Assembly (NCBI GenBank): GCA_963724295.1
Contig: CAVRUC010000003.1
Coordinates: 96,001-160,000, forward strand
Length of the DNA stretch: 64,000 nucleotides
Direction of reading: 5' to 3'
Source: an uncultured Chloroflexia bacterium
Lineage (GTDB): Bacteria; Chloroflexota; Chloroflexia; Thermomicrobiales; UBA6265
Made by a program: the position numbers and the translations under genes. The notes beneath the pieces were generated by a model. That model made no database searches, was not told the DNA's origin, and saw only the letters and a list, made by a program, of their open reading frames with translations. Below, in pieces: positions 9,320 through 18,795 of the stretch (position 1 is its first letter; each line of letters begins with the position of its first letter).

Positions 9320-10084
9320 TTACGCCCCGGCCAACTCCGCGTCAATGGCCTGGCTCACCGCATTGAAGTCGTGCCACTCGGCAACCTCGGTGCCGTTGAT
9401 GAAGATCGTGGGCGTACTGTCGACCCCCTGGGCCTGGGCTTCCGCGATGGAGGCCTCGACGCCCGCTCTCTTCTCACCGCTGTCGAGACACTGATTGAAT
9501 GTTCCGGTATCGAGTCCAAGTGCTTCGGCCATCTGCTTGAGACGAGCATCGGTAAAACTGTTGGGACCGCTCTGATTCAAGAAGAGCGTGTCGTGGTATC
9601 GCCAGTAGGCGTCCTGGTCGGCCGCGCAGGCGGCGGCTTCGGCAGCCCGCACCGCCTCGGGACCGCGAAACGCATAGTCGCGAAATTCAAACCGGACGAT
9701 GCCGGGCTCGACGTAGTCTGAAACCAGCTGGGGTTTCACCGCACGGGTGAACTCTCGGCAGCCGGGTCAGGTGTAGTCCCCCCATTCCACCACGGTCACC
9801 GGAGCGTCCTCCGCTCCCATGGTCATGCCCGCGACTGGAATCGCCTCAGGCATCGGCTCCGCGGCCAGCACCGGAGGACCGGCCTCCCGCGGGCGAGTAA
9901 TAAGGAACACAATCAGCGCAATGAGGAGCGCCGCGCCGATCGCGCTGCCGACAATCGTCAGTCGCCTGCGTCGCGCCTCTTGCTCCTCGGCAATCTTGCG
10001 TTGCGCCCGGCCCGAGACTCGTTGCTCGGCACGACGTCCGCGTGTTTGCTCAGGACCCGTCTGGTCCGGCGATTGGGGTGGCAT
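9320..10084 (-). CDS. Membrane-anchored DsbA/thioredoxin-fold protein, probable selenoprotein (UPGC, Sec106; 254 aa)
   Basis: ORFs 9767-10084 and 9320-9739 are in frame, joined by TGA at 9767-9769: APVTVVEWGDYT-U-PGCREF; cis-Pro loop GVDSTPTIFING; SECIS-like hairpin follows. Confidence 0.85.
9724..9766 (-). promoter_or_regulatory. Candidate bacterial SECIS element
   Basis: After UGA: lower stem CCGGCUG/CAGCUGG, upper stem UUCACC/GGUGAA, loop CGUGC (G at position 2) starting 21 nt after UGA. Confidence 0.7.
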
Positions 10085-12884
10085 TCGATTGGGTGTCCTC
10101 CCTCCGAGTTTCGTCTATCCGCCAGCGTCCGAACTCCTGGATAAAGATAAGTCGTGCCACCTCCTGTTGGGAGGCGGTCGCGGCTGTCTGCGGATCGTGT
10201 GAGTGACTGGCAGGGTTGTCTACCGTGACCAGTGCACTGACCCGTCCATCCGCCAATTGCCGTACATCGTCCACACTGACCAGCGCCACCCGCTCCGCCT
10301 CCGAGAGCGGGAGCGGCGATTTGGCGATCGACTCGAGGGCTCGCGTCGGCCCGTCAGGGTACGCAAAGCGAAGCCGATCGTCGCTATAGAGCGCCAGCCG
10401 CCGCAAGATATCTCCGGCATTCGAGCACGCCACCAGTTCCCGCGCGGTGCCAGCGATGGCGGCGCGCGTGGCCTCGTCCACTGGTTCACCGCCGGTTTCG
10501 GAGGCGTCCGGCGGCTCCGCCGGCGCCGGTGTTTGGGCCAGTGTCTGGAACTCCTCGAGCGTGCGCGGGGCAACGGTGCACCCGTCCGGTCCGGGTGCGT
10601 CCCGCGCCAGCAGTGCGGTCTGCTGCAGGCCGCGGAGATAGGCGATCACATCCCGGACCTCTCCCTCCTCCAGCTCCTCGCCGAATGCCGGCATGTCGGT
10701 TCCCTCGATCCCGTTCTCGATCCAGTAGGCGTAGTCGTCATCGGTGTGCCCCAGCGCATGCCCGGCCGTGAGGTCAGCCGGTGGTCTGGTCAACGAGGCG
10801 GCGCCCGGGCCATCACCCCGGGCATCGGCGCCGTGGCACAGGGCGCAGTTCTGCGAAAAAAGTGCTTCCCCGCGCACAATCGCGGCGGGATCGAGCGAGG
10901 CCAGACCGGCGGTCGGATCGACAGCGGCGACCGCTCCCGCCGAAAGCCGCGCCTGGAACAACAGGACCAACCCGGCGACGATCGCCGCGGTCCCCAGCCC
11001 GGCGGCCTCTTTGCGGAAGGTAGGAGTCGTGCCAACGACGGCGAAGGCGATGCCGGCGACACCCAATACAAGCAGCGCCAGAGCGGCAATGCCCGCGACC
11101 CCGAACAGCGGTGGTGGCGAAGGGATCTGAGCCGGGACCTCACTCGCGGAGATCGACTGGGTCGTCGCAACCACCCAGTCCGGCTGGCCCGGCGTGCGCA
11201 CTGTCAGCTGCATCTGCCAGTCGCCCGGGAACGCCAGCTCCGACCCCTGCGCCTCGTAGCCTCCGGCCGGGGCGGCGATCAGCGGCACGTCGATCTGCCC
11301 CGTCTGACGCTCTGGCAGATTCAGGCGAAGCGTGGCTTCGGCGCCACCGGGGCTGCTCAGGTGCGCCTCGTGCCCGCTGCCAAGCTCCAGCCGGTAGCGA
11401 TTCGGACCGACGGTTCCAGGCGAGACGATCAACGTACCCGTTTGACCACCGTCCTCGAGAGCGATCCGCAGGCTGCCGGCTTGCTGCGCCAGGACCTGCC
11501 GCGCCGGCGGCGTCCCGATCAGCATGCCGACGACGCCGAGGAGCAGCGTGACGATGACCGCTTCCGCGATCAACGCGCTGACGAGGTGGTTGCTCCACCC
11601 CTCCACCCGCTCCTCGGTCTCGGCCGAGCGCAGCTTGCGCGTGACGACTGCCAGGTTGAATGCACCGAGCGCGAGCAAGGGCACGATCAGGATCAGCTTC
11701 AGGATGAGTGTCTGCCCGTACGGGGTCCCGGTGAGGGCCGGCACGTTGCCGACCTGGAGCCACGCGGAGTAGAGACCGGTGAACCCCATGATGCCCCAGG
11801 CGATCAATGCCAGTAATGAGAAGCGCGGCAGGGCTCGACCCAGGACCACACGCCGGCCGGCGGCAGTGAGGTCATTCACGGTTGGCGCCAGGGCGACCAC
11901 CAGGAAGAGGAGCCCGCCCGCCCAGAGCGACGCGCCGAGGAGGTGGACGTAGTCGAAGGCGACCGCGGTCGCCTGACCCGCCGGCTCCGCCCCGGCGTGC
12001 GAGATCATCGAGAACGGCAACGGCAGCGCGGCGCTGGCGACGAGAGCGAGCAGCGTTGCCGATCGCCTCCGCCACGGCCACCACCAGGCTGTGCCCAACA
12101 GGACCGCGGCGAAGACGAGCAGGACGCCCACTCGCACCAACCACCAGGTGCCGTAGCGGGTATCGGCGAGCGTGGTGGTCAGACCGTTGCGGAGATCCGC
12201 CGGTCCGGAGATGGCTGCCGCCTGCACCACCAGCGCCACCACGTTGGCCAGCAGCGAGAAGGCGAACGCGACGGTGACGTAGCGTCGCACGCGGCGCGTC
12301 AATTTCGGTCCCAGTTGCCACGCGGGGGAGATCGCCGGCCGCACGACGAAGAGCCAGACTGGCCAGACGGCGACCACTGCCGCCATCCCCAGCAATGCCA
12401 GCCAGCGGGCGGCTGCCAGCGTCCACTCCGGCAGTGCACCGGCGCTTGTTTCAGCCGCCGGCGGCGCTACCACGCGCACATCGGCCGCGGTGCCGATGGT
12501 AAAGGGGAGGTAACCCTGCGCGGTGTGTCCGTCGACGGTCGAGAGGGTGCGCCAGAGGAGCGAATAGGTGCCGTTGCCCAGTCCGGACGGAATCTGGACG
12601 GTCATCGTCCGGGGCTGCGGCCCCACGGTACTGGTCGCGCCGGGAACCAGCGTGCCCGTCTCATCGAAGAGCTCGGCTCGCGAATAGGATCTCTCCAGCG
12701 GCTCGGTGAACGTCAGGGTGATCGACTGGGGCGCGGTGGACAGGACCGCGTTGGCGGCCGGATCGCTGCTCTCGAGAAACGCATGCGCCGCCACGGGGCT
12801 CGCCGGCAGGGCGAGCTGCGCCATGACGCAGAGCAGCATCATGATGGCAACACGCACGCCGGCGCCGACCCCAGGTCGATTCAT
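10050..12884 (-). CDS. CopC-CopD copper uptake/resistance fusion with Ig-like domain, cytochrome c and C-terminal two-Cys domain
   Basis: Signal peptide then HAFLESSDP...DGH (CopC); SHA, VHLLGASLWAGG, RFS, YG..L..K (CopD); heme motif CALCH with distal MPAF. Confidence 0.88.
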   Translation of the reverse strand: MNRPGVGAGVRVAIMMLLCVMAQLALPASPVAAHAFLESSDPAANAVLSTAPQSITLTFTEPLERSYSRAELFDETGTLVPGATSTVGPQPRTMTVQIPSGLGNGTYSLLWRTLSTVDGHTAQGYLPFTIGTAADVRVVAPPAAETSAGALPEWTLAAARWLALLGMAAVVAVWPVWLFVVRPAISPAWQLGPKLTRRVRRYVTVAFAFSLLANVVALVVQAAAISGPADLRNGLTTTLADTRYGTWWLVRVGVLLVFAAVLLGTAWWWPWRRRSATLLALVASAALPLPFSMISHAGAEPAGQATAVAFDYVHLLGASLWAGGLLFLVVALAPTVNDLTAAGRRVVLGRALPRFSLLALIAWGIMGFTGLYSAWLQVGNVPALTGTPYGQTLILKLILIVPLLALGAFNLAVVTRKLRSAETEERVEGWSNHLVSALIAEAVIVTLLLGVVGMLIGTPPARQVLAQQAGSLRIALEDGGQTGTLIVSPGTVGPNRYRLELGSGHEAHLSSPGGAEATLRLNLPERQTGQIDVPLIAAPAGGYEAQGSELAFPGDWQMQLTVRTPGQPDWVVATTQSISASEVPAQIPSPPPLFGVAGIAALALLVLGVAGIAFAVVGTTPTFRKEAAGLGTAAIVAGLVLLFQARLSAGAVAAVDPTAGLASLDPAAIVRGEALFSQNCALCHGADARGDGPGAASLTRPPADLTAGHALGHTDDDYAYWIENGIEGTDMPAFGEELEEGEVRDVIAYLRGLQQTALLARDAPGPDGCTVAPRTLEEFQTLAQTPAPAEPPDASETGGEPVDEATRAAIAGTARELVACSNAGDILRRLALYSDDRLRFAYPDGPTRALESIAKSPLPLSEAERVALVSVDDVRQLADGRVSALVTVDNPASHSHDPQTAATASQQEVARLIFIQEFGRWRIDETRREDTQSNATPIAGPDGS

Positions 12885-12914
12885 GAGACGCCCGTTACGG
12901 GCACCACAGGCACG

Positions 12915-13610
12915 TCATCGAATCAGCTTGCCGGAGGGTTCACTCGCGCGTGGCGCGGCCTCCACCTTTGGCTGTCTCGACCGTGCCAGGGCCAGCGCGC
13001 CAACGACCAGCCCGAGGACGCCCGCGACGACCCCCGCCACGCCGAGCGTGCGCGCCGTGGCGGCGGCGGCGTTGGCATCCGCGACCGCTGTCTGGAGCTG
13101 CGCCGGATCGGGAAGGGGTTGCGGAAATGCGATCGCCGACAGCGGCTCGACACTGTTGAACGTCGTTGGCCCCGAGGTGACGCTTTCATCGACCGTCGCC
13201 TCGCCAATCGTGCCGGAGATGCGAAACGTATAGTCTCCGGTCGCGGTCGGCACAAACACGGCCTCGTATTCGCCCTCCCCGACCGGCACGAGCGGCAGGG
13301 TCATCACCTGCCCGTCTCTGCTGACTTCGGCGGAGAGGGTCGCCGCCAGGTCGTCGACCGGTTCTGTCCCGCCGGTGGCGTACCGTTGCACGCCCAGCGC
13401 AAGAGCATTCGGTAGCCCGAGATAGGCCGGCTCGTCACGGAAACCGACTTCCATGACGTACTGCCCGTCGCCAACGTCGATTTCGACGTGAGCCAATGCT
13501 CCGGCTGTGGCACCAACCGCGAGAATCAGCCCGAAAGCGAGCGCCATCAGGGTCCGGCCCGCGCAACGTGTCATGGCGAACAGCCTAGGCCTCAGGAGTT
13601 GCCGCCGCAT
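12915..13610 (-). CDS. Secreted, C-terminally anchored protein (YtkA/FixH-like Ig fold, N-terminal His)
   Basis: SD GGAGG; signal peptide ending ALA-H; VGFRDEP..G..N, GEYEAVFVPT..GDYTFRI; C-terminal TM helix. Confidence 0.65.
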   Translation of the reverse strand: MRRQLLRPRLFAMTRCAGRTLMALAFGLILAVGATAGALAHVEIDVGDGQYVMEVGFRDEPAYLGLPNALALGVQRYATGGTEPVDDLAATLSAEVSRDGQVMTLPLVPVGEGEYEAVFVPTATGDYTFRISGTIGEATVDESVTSGPTTFNSVEPLSAIAFPQPLPDPAQLQTAVADANAAAATARTLGVAGVVAGVLGLVVGALALARSRQPKVEAAPRASEPSGKLIR

Positions 13611-14202
13611 GGTCGTCCTCCGTGTCGTCGTGGGTCGCGTCATCCTCGTCCGCATGGTTCTTACCGGCACCTGACGCCGAGACCGGCGCCAACCCGTGTC
13701 CGAGAACGACCAGGACGGCAGTCTGCTCTTCCTCGGCTTGAAAGAGGGCGAACCCGATGTGGCCGGGCACGCCCGCTTCGGCCAGACCGGTGACGAGTGA
13801 GCTCCCGGACAGCGCTCCGCCGACGTTGCCGCAGGCGATGGCATCCATCACCTCGTCGCTTTCGTAGATCAGCACCGCGTGCTCGCCGGCCAGCAGGTCC
13901 TCGATCGTACCGTCGATCGTCGTCTCGCTGATCAGCACCTGATAGGCCGCGTCGGGGTTGACCGCCGTGGGTGTGGCTACCGGCGCATTGTCGATATCGA
14001 CGCTACCGCCGACTCCGTTGAGACGAAATGCGACGGGCCCGAGGGCCTCGCACGACCCCTCGTGGATACGAGTCGGGTGTCCATGCTCCTCATGCGCCAG
14101 CGCCGGTCCGGCGACCGAGGCCACCACTCCAAGCGCAACCGCGAGCGTGAAAATCCAGCGCGGCTGGACCCTGCCGCATAGTCGTCTCGTCAACGCAGTC
14201 AT
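13585..14202 (-). CDS. Secreted His-rich protein, possibly CHRD/Cu-Zn-SOD-like domain
   Basis: Signal peptide then HEEHGHPTRIHEGSC...HAVLIYES...IACGNVGG; acidic/His tail; fold is inference. Confidence 0.6.
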   Translation of the reverse strand: MTALTRRLCGRVQPRWIFTLAVALGVVASVAGPALAHEEHGHPTRIHEGSCEALGPVAFRLNGVGGSVDIDNAPVATPTAVNPDAAYQVLISETTIDGTIEDLLAGEHAVLIYESDEVMDAIACGNVGGALSGSSLVTGLAEAGVPGHIGFALFQAEEEQTAVLVVLGHGLAPVSASGAGKNHADEDDATHDDTEDDHAAATPEA

Positions 14203-14325
14203 CACCTTAGCCCTCTTTTCCACCCGTACTGGACCCGGGACGTGAGATCGAGGTCCGGACGATCCGGCAACGTCATCGCCGTCACGGAAACCGGGTCTAC
14301 CGACTGAGACACTGGGAAGCGCGGC

Positions 14326-14850
14326 TCACGACGCGGCGGGCGTCCACCGGGGTGGAGGAACGAGAATCCGAGGAGATAGCCCGCCATGCCGCCGGTCCGG
14401 GACTTCGCTCGGAGCCTGGCAAATCCCCAGTGCAGCGATCGCCATGATGGCCGCCAGAAGCAGATGCACGCCGCTCGAGGCCGGTACCGACTCTTGTTCC
14501 GCCGCGGCATCGGGCCGCTCGTCATCGAAACCGACGGTTGGGTTCGTTTCGTTATCCGCGACGGTAGGGTCAAACCAGGAGGAGGATGAGTCTCCTGGTG
14601 CCGCATGCGCCAGGCCGTGACCAGGGTGGTGGCGAACGGTCCCGTTGGCCGCGTCTGCCCAGAGCTGGATGAGCGAATGGGCGTGCTCGCTTTGGGCTCC
14701 CGCCCGGTAACTGGCGGGCAGGAGCAGCAGGCCGAGCAGCGCCATACCCCAGAGCAGAGAAAACCAGGTTGACAGGCGAGAATTGCTCGATCGAGGTGAC
14801 ACGGTTTGAGTTGCCGCTTCCCGATGGTGGAGGTGCTCGCACGCGGGCAC
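14326..14850 (-). CDS. His-rich exported/membrane protein ending in PPPR; candidate leader of the copper operon (start uncertain)
   Basis: Hydrophobic N-terminus, EHAH and HHPGHGLAH, second hydrophobic helix, C-terminal SPRILVPPPRW. Confidence 0.55.
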   Translation of the reverse strand: MPACEHLHHREAATQTVSPRSSNSRLSTWFSLLWGMALLGLLLLPASYRAGAQSEHAHSLIQLWADAANGTVRHHPGHGLAHAAPGDSSSSWFDPTVADNETNPTVGFDDERPDAAAEQESVPASSGVHLLLAAIMAIAALGICQAPSEVPDRRHGGLSPRILVPPPRWTPAAS

Positions 14851-14950
14851 TTCGCTAATCGTGGCCGCATCGACTCGCGGGCCTGAGCGGCAGCCGGTCA
14901 GCCAAAGGTACCACGGTCCTCAGAGCCGTCTCGCGGCGATCCGCTCTATC

Positions 14951-16057
14951 ATGAACGTGATGAACGACGTGATACCGGCGGACGGGCTACCCAACGCACA
15001 ACGATCCGGCCAGATCGACGAAGCTGACAATGGGCACGACCTCGAGAACCGATCGCGGGTGGCAGTTGACACTCTCGACGCGGGGGACACCGATCGGCCC
15101 GCCCGCGTCGACCGGCGTCCCCTCGTCATCGCCATGGCCATCACCACCACGTTCTTCTTCGTCGAGCTCGCCGGCGCCTACGTCTCGAACTCACTCGCGC
15201 TTCTCGCCGACGCGGCGCACATGCTCACCGACGTCGCCGCGCTCGGACTGGCGCTCTTCGCCATGTGGCTGGCGACGCGCGCCACCCGCCCCGAGCGGAC
15301 CTTCGGCTACCTGCGGGCCGAAATCCTCGCCGCGCTGGTCAACGCTGTCACCCTGATCGTCCTGGCGATCTACATCTTCTGGGAGGCGTGGCAGCGGTTC
15401 CAGGAGCCGCCGGAGGTCAAGAGCGGTCCCCTTCTCGTCGTCGCCGTCGCCGGCATGCTGGCCAATATCGCCTCCGCCTGGGTGCTCTCACGCGGGGGTG
15501 GGCACCGCGACAATCTCAATACCAGAGGCGCATTCCTGCACGTGCTCGGCGACCTCCTTGGTTCGGTGGCGACCATCGCCGCAGCGCTGATCATCGCGTT
15601 CACCGGCTGGTACGCCGCCGATCCGATCCTGTCGGTCCTCATCGGCGGCCTGGTCGTCTTTGGCGCATGGTCGCTTCTGCGAGAGTCGGTGGACGTTCTC
15701 CTGGAAGCCGCGCCCCGCGGTGTGGTGGTGGCCGACGTGCGCCGGGCGATGGACGCCGTACCCGGTGTCGAAGGCGTCCACGATCTGCACGTCTGGACGG
15801 TGACGTCCGGGTTGACCGCGCTCTCGGCGCACGTCGAGACGGCGAATCTCGCTGGCTGGGAGACCTGTATGCAGACGCTGGCGACCATGCTGCGCGAGCA
15901 GTTCGGCATAGCCCACGCCACGTTGCAACCGGAGCTACCCCGGTCGACGAGCAATTCCTGGGATCGCTGCTCGATCGACGCGCCAGAGGGCCGCGCCGCC
16001 TGCCTGACCGCGACCAAACCGGTCGCCCGCGCCGTCCATGCCGGACACCGGCACTAA
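14951..16057 (+). CDS. Cation diffusion facilitator (CzcD/ZitB-like)
   Basis: SLALLADAAHMLTD, TFGY.RAE, AFLHVLGD, VHDLHVW, HATLQPE. Confidence 0.92.
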   Translation: MNVMNDVIPADGLPNAQRSGQIDEADNGHDLENRSRVAVDTLDAGDTDRPARVDRRPLVIAMAITTTFFFVELAGAYVSNSLALLADAAHMLTDVAALGLALFAMWLATRATRPERTFGYLRAEILAALVNAVTLIVLAIYIFWEAWQRFQEPPEVKSGPLLVVAVAGMLANIASAWVLSRGGGHRDNLNTRGAFLHVLGDLLGSVATIAAALIIAFTGWYAADPILSVLIGGLVVFGAWSLLRESVDVLLEAAPRGVVVADVRRAMDAVPGVEGVHDLHVWTVTSGLTALSAHVETANLAGWETCMQTLATMLREQFGIAHATLQPELPRSTSNSWDRCSIDAPEGRAACLTATKPVARAVHAGHRH

Positions 16058-16061
16058 GGCG

Positions 16062-17211
16062 ATGAGCGACTCGGAGGCTCTCGTCAGGCAGGATGACAAT
16101 CCCGCGCGTCCGGGTCGGCGCAGATCGTGGCTGCCGGCCGCATTCGCCGCGATTGCCCTGGCGCTGATCGCCGCCGGGGCAGGCTGGTGGTTCCTCAACA
16201 ACCGGCAGGCGATCCCGGAGTGGGACCGCCTGCCGGCGCTCGATCTGGCCGCGCCGGCGGGAGATGCCTTCCGCGCCGATACGCCCTGGGTCAATCTGCG
16301 CCTGACCACCGGGCGACCCGGCGAGGAGAACGGTCTGCGCGTGCAGATCACACCGAGGACTCGACAAGGCGACACCGGTCTCCACGTCCGCTCCGCCGGC
16401 ACGGATCGCTTCGCTCACCGCGCAACCGCTTTCCGGCGAGCAGGCCGTGCCTGAGCCGCTCGCGCTGCAACCCGATCCCCAAACCGAGGGCGCGTTCCTC
16501 GCGTTGGCTCCCCTCGACCAGGCGGGCTGGTGGCGGTTCAGCGTCGAGGTGGATGGGGCAGAACAGGCCGCCGAGTTCTTTCTCCTCATTCCTGACCCGA
16601 ACCTCAACGGTCCGAACGCGGTGCCCGGGAGTGGATCAGCCGCGGAGGGCGAGGCGCTCTACCAGCGCGGGATCGAGGCCCTCACCGGCCTGAGTGACGT
16701 CCGCTTTGCGCAGTGGATCGCCGATGGCCGGGGTAACGCCTCGGTTGCCGAGCACGGGGTGACCACCGGCGACGGAACTACGCCACCGGGGTTCACGTAC
16801 CGCGCGGCCGGTGGCATGGAGGCGGTGATCATCGGATCGACGCGCTGGATCAGGCTGCCCGGAGATCCCGGCTGGGAGGAGCAGGAGGGCGCCACCGTGG
16901 TGTTGCCCTCGGCGTGGGACGAGGAGTACTTCGGCGCGACCGGGTTCACGATCCTCGGTGAGGAGACCATCGACGGCGAGCGCTGCCAGCTGCTGGCCTT
17001 CGTCGTCCCGGAGCTGAGCGAGCCGCGGCGCCAGACGGTGGCCTGGTATCTGTGGTGGGTCGGTGAAGAGACGGGCCACGTGCGCCGGGAGTCGATGGTG
17101 TCCCGCCTCCACTACATGCACAACAGCTTCAGCGACTTCGACGTGCCGATCGCCCTCTCGCCACCGCAGGAGGCGGCGACCCCGGTCGCCAGCGGAACGC
17201 CCGGCTCTTGA
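16062..17211 (+). CDS. Membrane-anchored exported protein (YtkA-like plus LolA/LppX-like domains); frameshift near 16368
   Basis: ORFs 16038-16454 and 16447-17211 join via ...RTRQ|ATPVSTSAPP...; N-terminal TM; domain calls are inference. Confidence 0.6.
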
Positions 17212-18167
17212 GCGCGCCGGCCTCGACTCCGGTCTCGACTGCCGCGGCCACCGGGCGAGGGATTCGCGAAGCGTCGCCGCTGCTGTTGAAGACCGCGCCG
17301 GCGATCTTCCTCCTCTTCTGGTCCGGAGGGTTCGCCGCCGGCAAGGTCGGCCTGGGGTACTCGGGCCCGCTGACGTTTCTGGCGGTGCGATACGCCCTGG
17401 TGCTGCTCGTCCTGCTGCCGCTGGTCCTCGTCATGCGGCCACCCCTGCCGCGCACGCCGGCGGCATGGGGACACCTGGCGATGGTCGGGTTTCTGATCCA
17501 GGGCCTCTACTTCGGACTCGGCTATCTGGCGCTGGCGATGAACATCTCCACCGGGGCGGTGGCCCTGATCGTCTCCCTGCAACCGATCCTGGTGGCCCTG
17601 GCAGCGCCGCGCATCTCGGGAGAGCGGGTAGGGCGCTGGGCGTGGACTGGCCTCGGACTCGGGCTGGCCGGAGCGGCGCTCGTCATCCTGGCGCGGTCGG
17701 CGGTGGAGGCGCTCCCCGTGCTGGGGGTGCTGGCCGCGGTTGGCGCGCTGGGCGGGATGACCATCGGCACGCTCTATGAAAAGCGATTCGGCATCAGCCA
17801 GCACCCGGTGACCGCGAACACCATCCAGTACGCCGCCGGACTGGCCATGACGCTGCCGCTGGCGTTCCTGCTGGAGGACCGCACGATCGAGTGGTCGCTG
17901 CCGCTGGGGCTGTCGCTGCTCTACCTGATCGTCTGCAACTCACTGATCGCGCTGACGCTGCTGCTGATGATGATTCGGCGCGGGGAGGTCAGCCGGGTCT
18001 CGGCGCTCTTCTTCCTGGTGCCGCCGATGGCCGCGCTGATCGGCTGGCTGCTGCTCGACGAGCAGATGCCCCCGCTGGCCTGGGTCGGACTGGCCCTGGC
18101 CGCCGCCGGCGTCGCCATCGCCACCCGCGCCGACCGGCTTTCCGGCATGCGAAGCCGCTCGCGCTGA
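17208..18167 (+). CDS. DMT/EamA family transporter
   Basis: About 10 TM helices; FWSGGF..GK.GL, P.TFLAVRY, LQPIL, FFLVPP. Confidence 0.9.
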   Translation: MSAPASTPVSTAAATGRGIREASPLLLKTAPAIFLLFWSGGFAAGKVGLGYSGPLTFLAVRYALVLLVLLPLVLVMRPPLPRTPAAWGHLAMVGFLIQGLYFGLGYLALAMNISTGAVALIVSLQPILVALAAPRISGERVGRWAWTGLGLGLAGAALVILARSAVEALPVLGVLAAVGALGGMTIGTLYEKRFGISQHPVTANTIQYAAGLAMTLPLAFLLEDRTIEWSLPLGLSLLYLIVCNSLIALTLLLMMIRRGEVSRVSALFFLVPPMAALIGWLLLDEQMPPLAWVGLALAAAGVAIATRADRLSGMRSRSR

Positions 18168-18208
18168 CTCCAATCGCACTATGCGAGCAACTGAACGTCG
18201 CGAGACGG

Positions 18209-18248
18209 CCCTCACCCCAACCCCTCTCCCAGAGCGCTGGGCGAGGGG
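18209..18248. repeat. CCCTCACCCC...CCCCTCTCCC...GGG.GAGGGG REP-like palindrome, copy 1
   Basis: Same family as 26137-26178; 12-bp stem with one mismatch. Confidence 0.7.
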
Positions 18249-18576
18249 GGAATTGGTGGGGGAGGTCATGGGGGATTTGGTGGCGCGAGTGGCGGCGGAG
18301 AGGATGATGCTATCGGCGATGCGGGCGGCGCGGTCACGGGTGGTGGGCGGAATGGGGGCTGGAGGTGGCTGGCCGGTTGGAGATTCGGTGTCGGAGTCAG
18401 GCGCGATGTCGTCGTGCGCGGCGGGTGGGCGAGGGCTGGCGAGTCTGCGTGACGTGCGTGTGAGGGATTCCCGCAGGACGGCACGCATCTCGCCGTGGCG
18501 CTCGGGCGGCATGGCTTTGACGAGGGCGTCGAACATTACTTCTAGCTCGGCGGCTGCGGCGAATGGGCGGGGTCCG

Positions 18577-18795
18577 CTCTCTAACCTGGTCGTCAGTGAG
18601 TTGCCGGTGGAGGAACGCTACAGCTACGTCTTCGAGGGCAACAGTCAGGCGCTCGACCACATGCTACTCAGCCCGGCCCTCATGCAGGCCGCAGTGCCGG
18701 GGACGTTCGACATCGTCCACGTCAATGCCGAGTACGCCGACCAGGTCACTGACCATGATCCGCTGCTCGCCCGGTTCCTGCTCGTTACGCCTTAG
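18577..18795 (+). pseudogene. C-terminal remnant of an extracellular endonuclease/exonuclease/phosphatase (ExeM/NucH-like)
   Basis: ERYSYVFEGNSQALDHMLLS...DIVHVNAEY...TDHDPLLARF; no upstream domain or start. Confidence 0.7.

Noticed and set aside
9767..9769. DsbA as a nonsense pseudogene
   Set aside because: The stop coincides with the catalytic Cys, both halves are intact and a SECIS-like hairpin follows; Sec is the better explanation
10203..11816. Long antisense ORFs (also 20585-22135, 38435-39766, 57433-58824)
   Set aside because: Shadow ORFs expected opposite high-GC genes; no motifs
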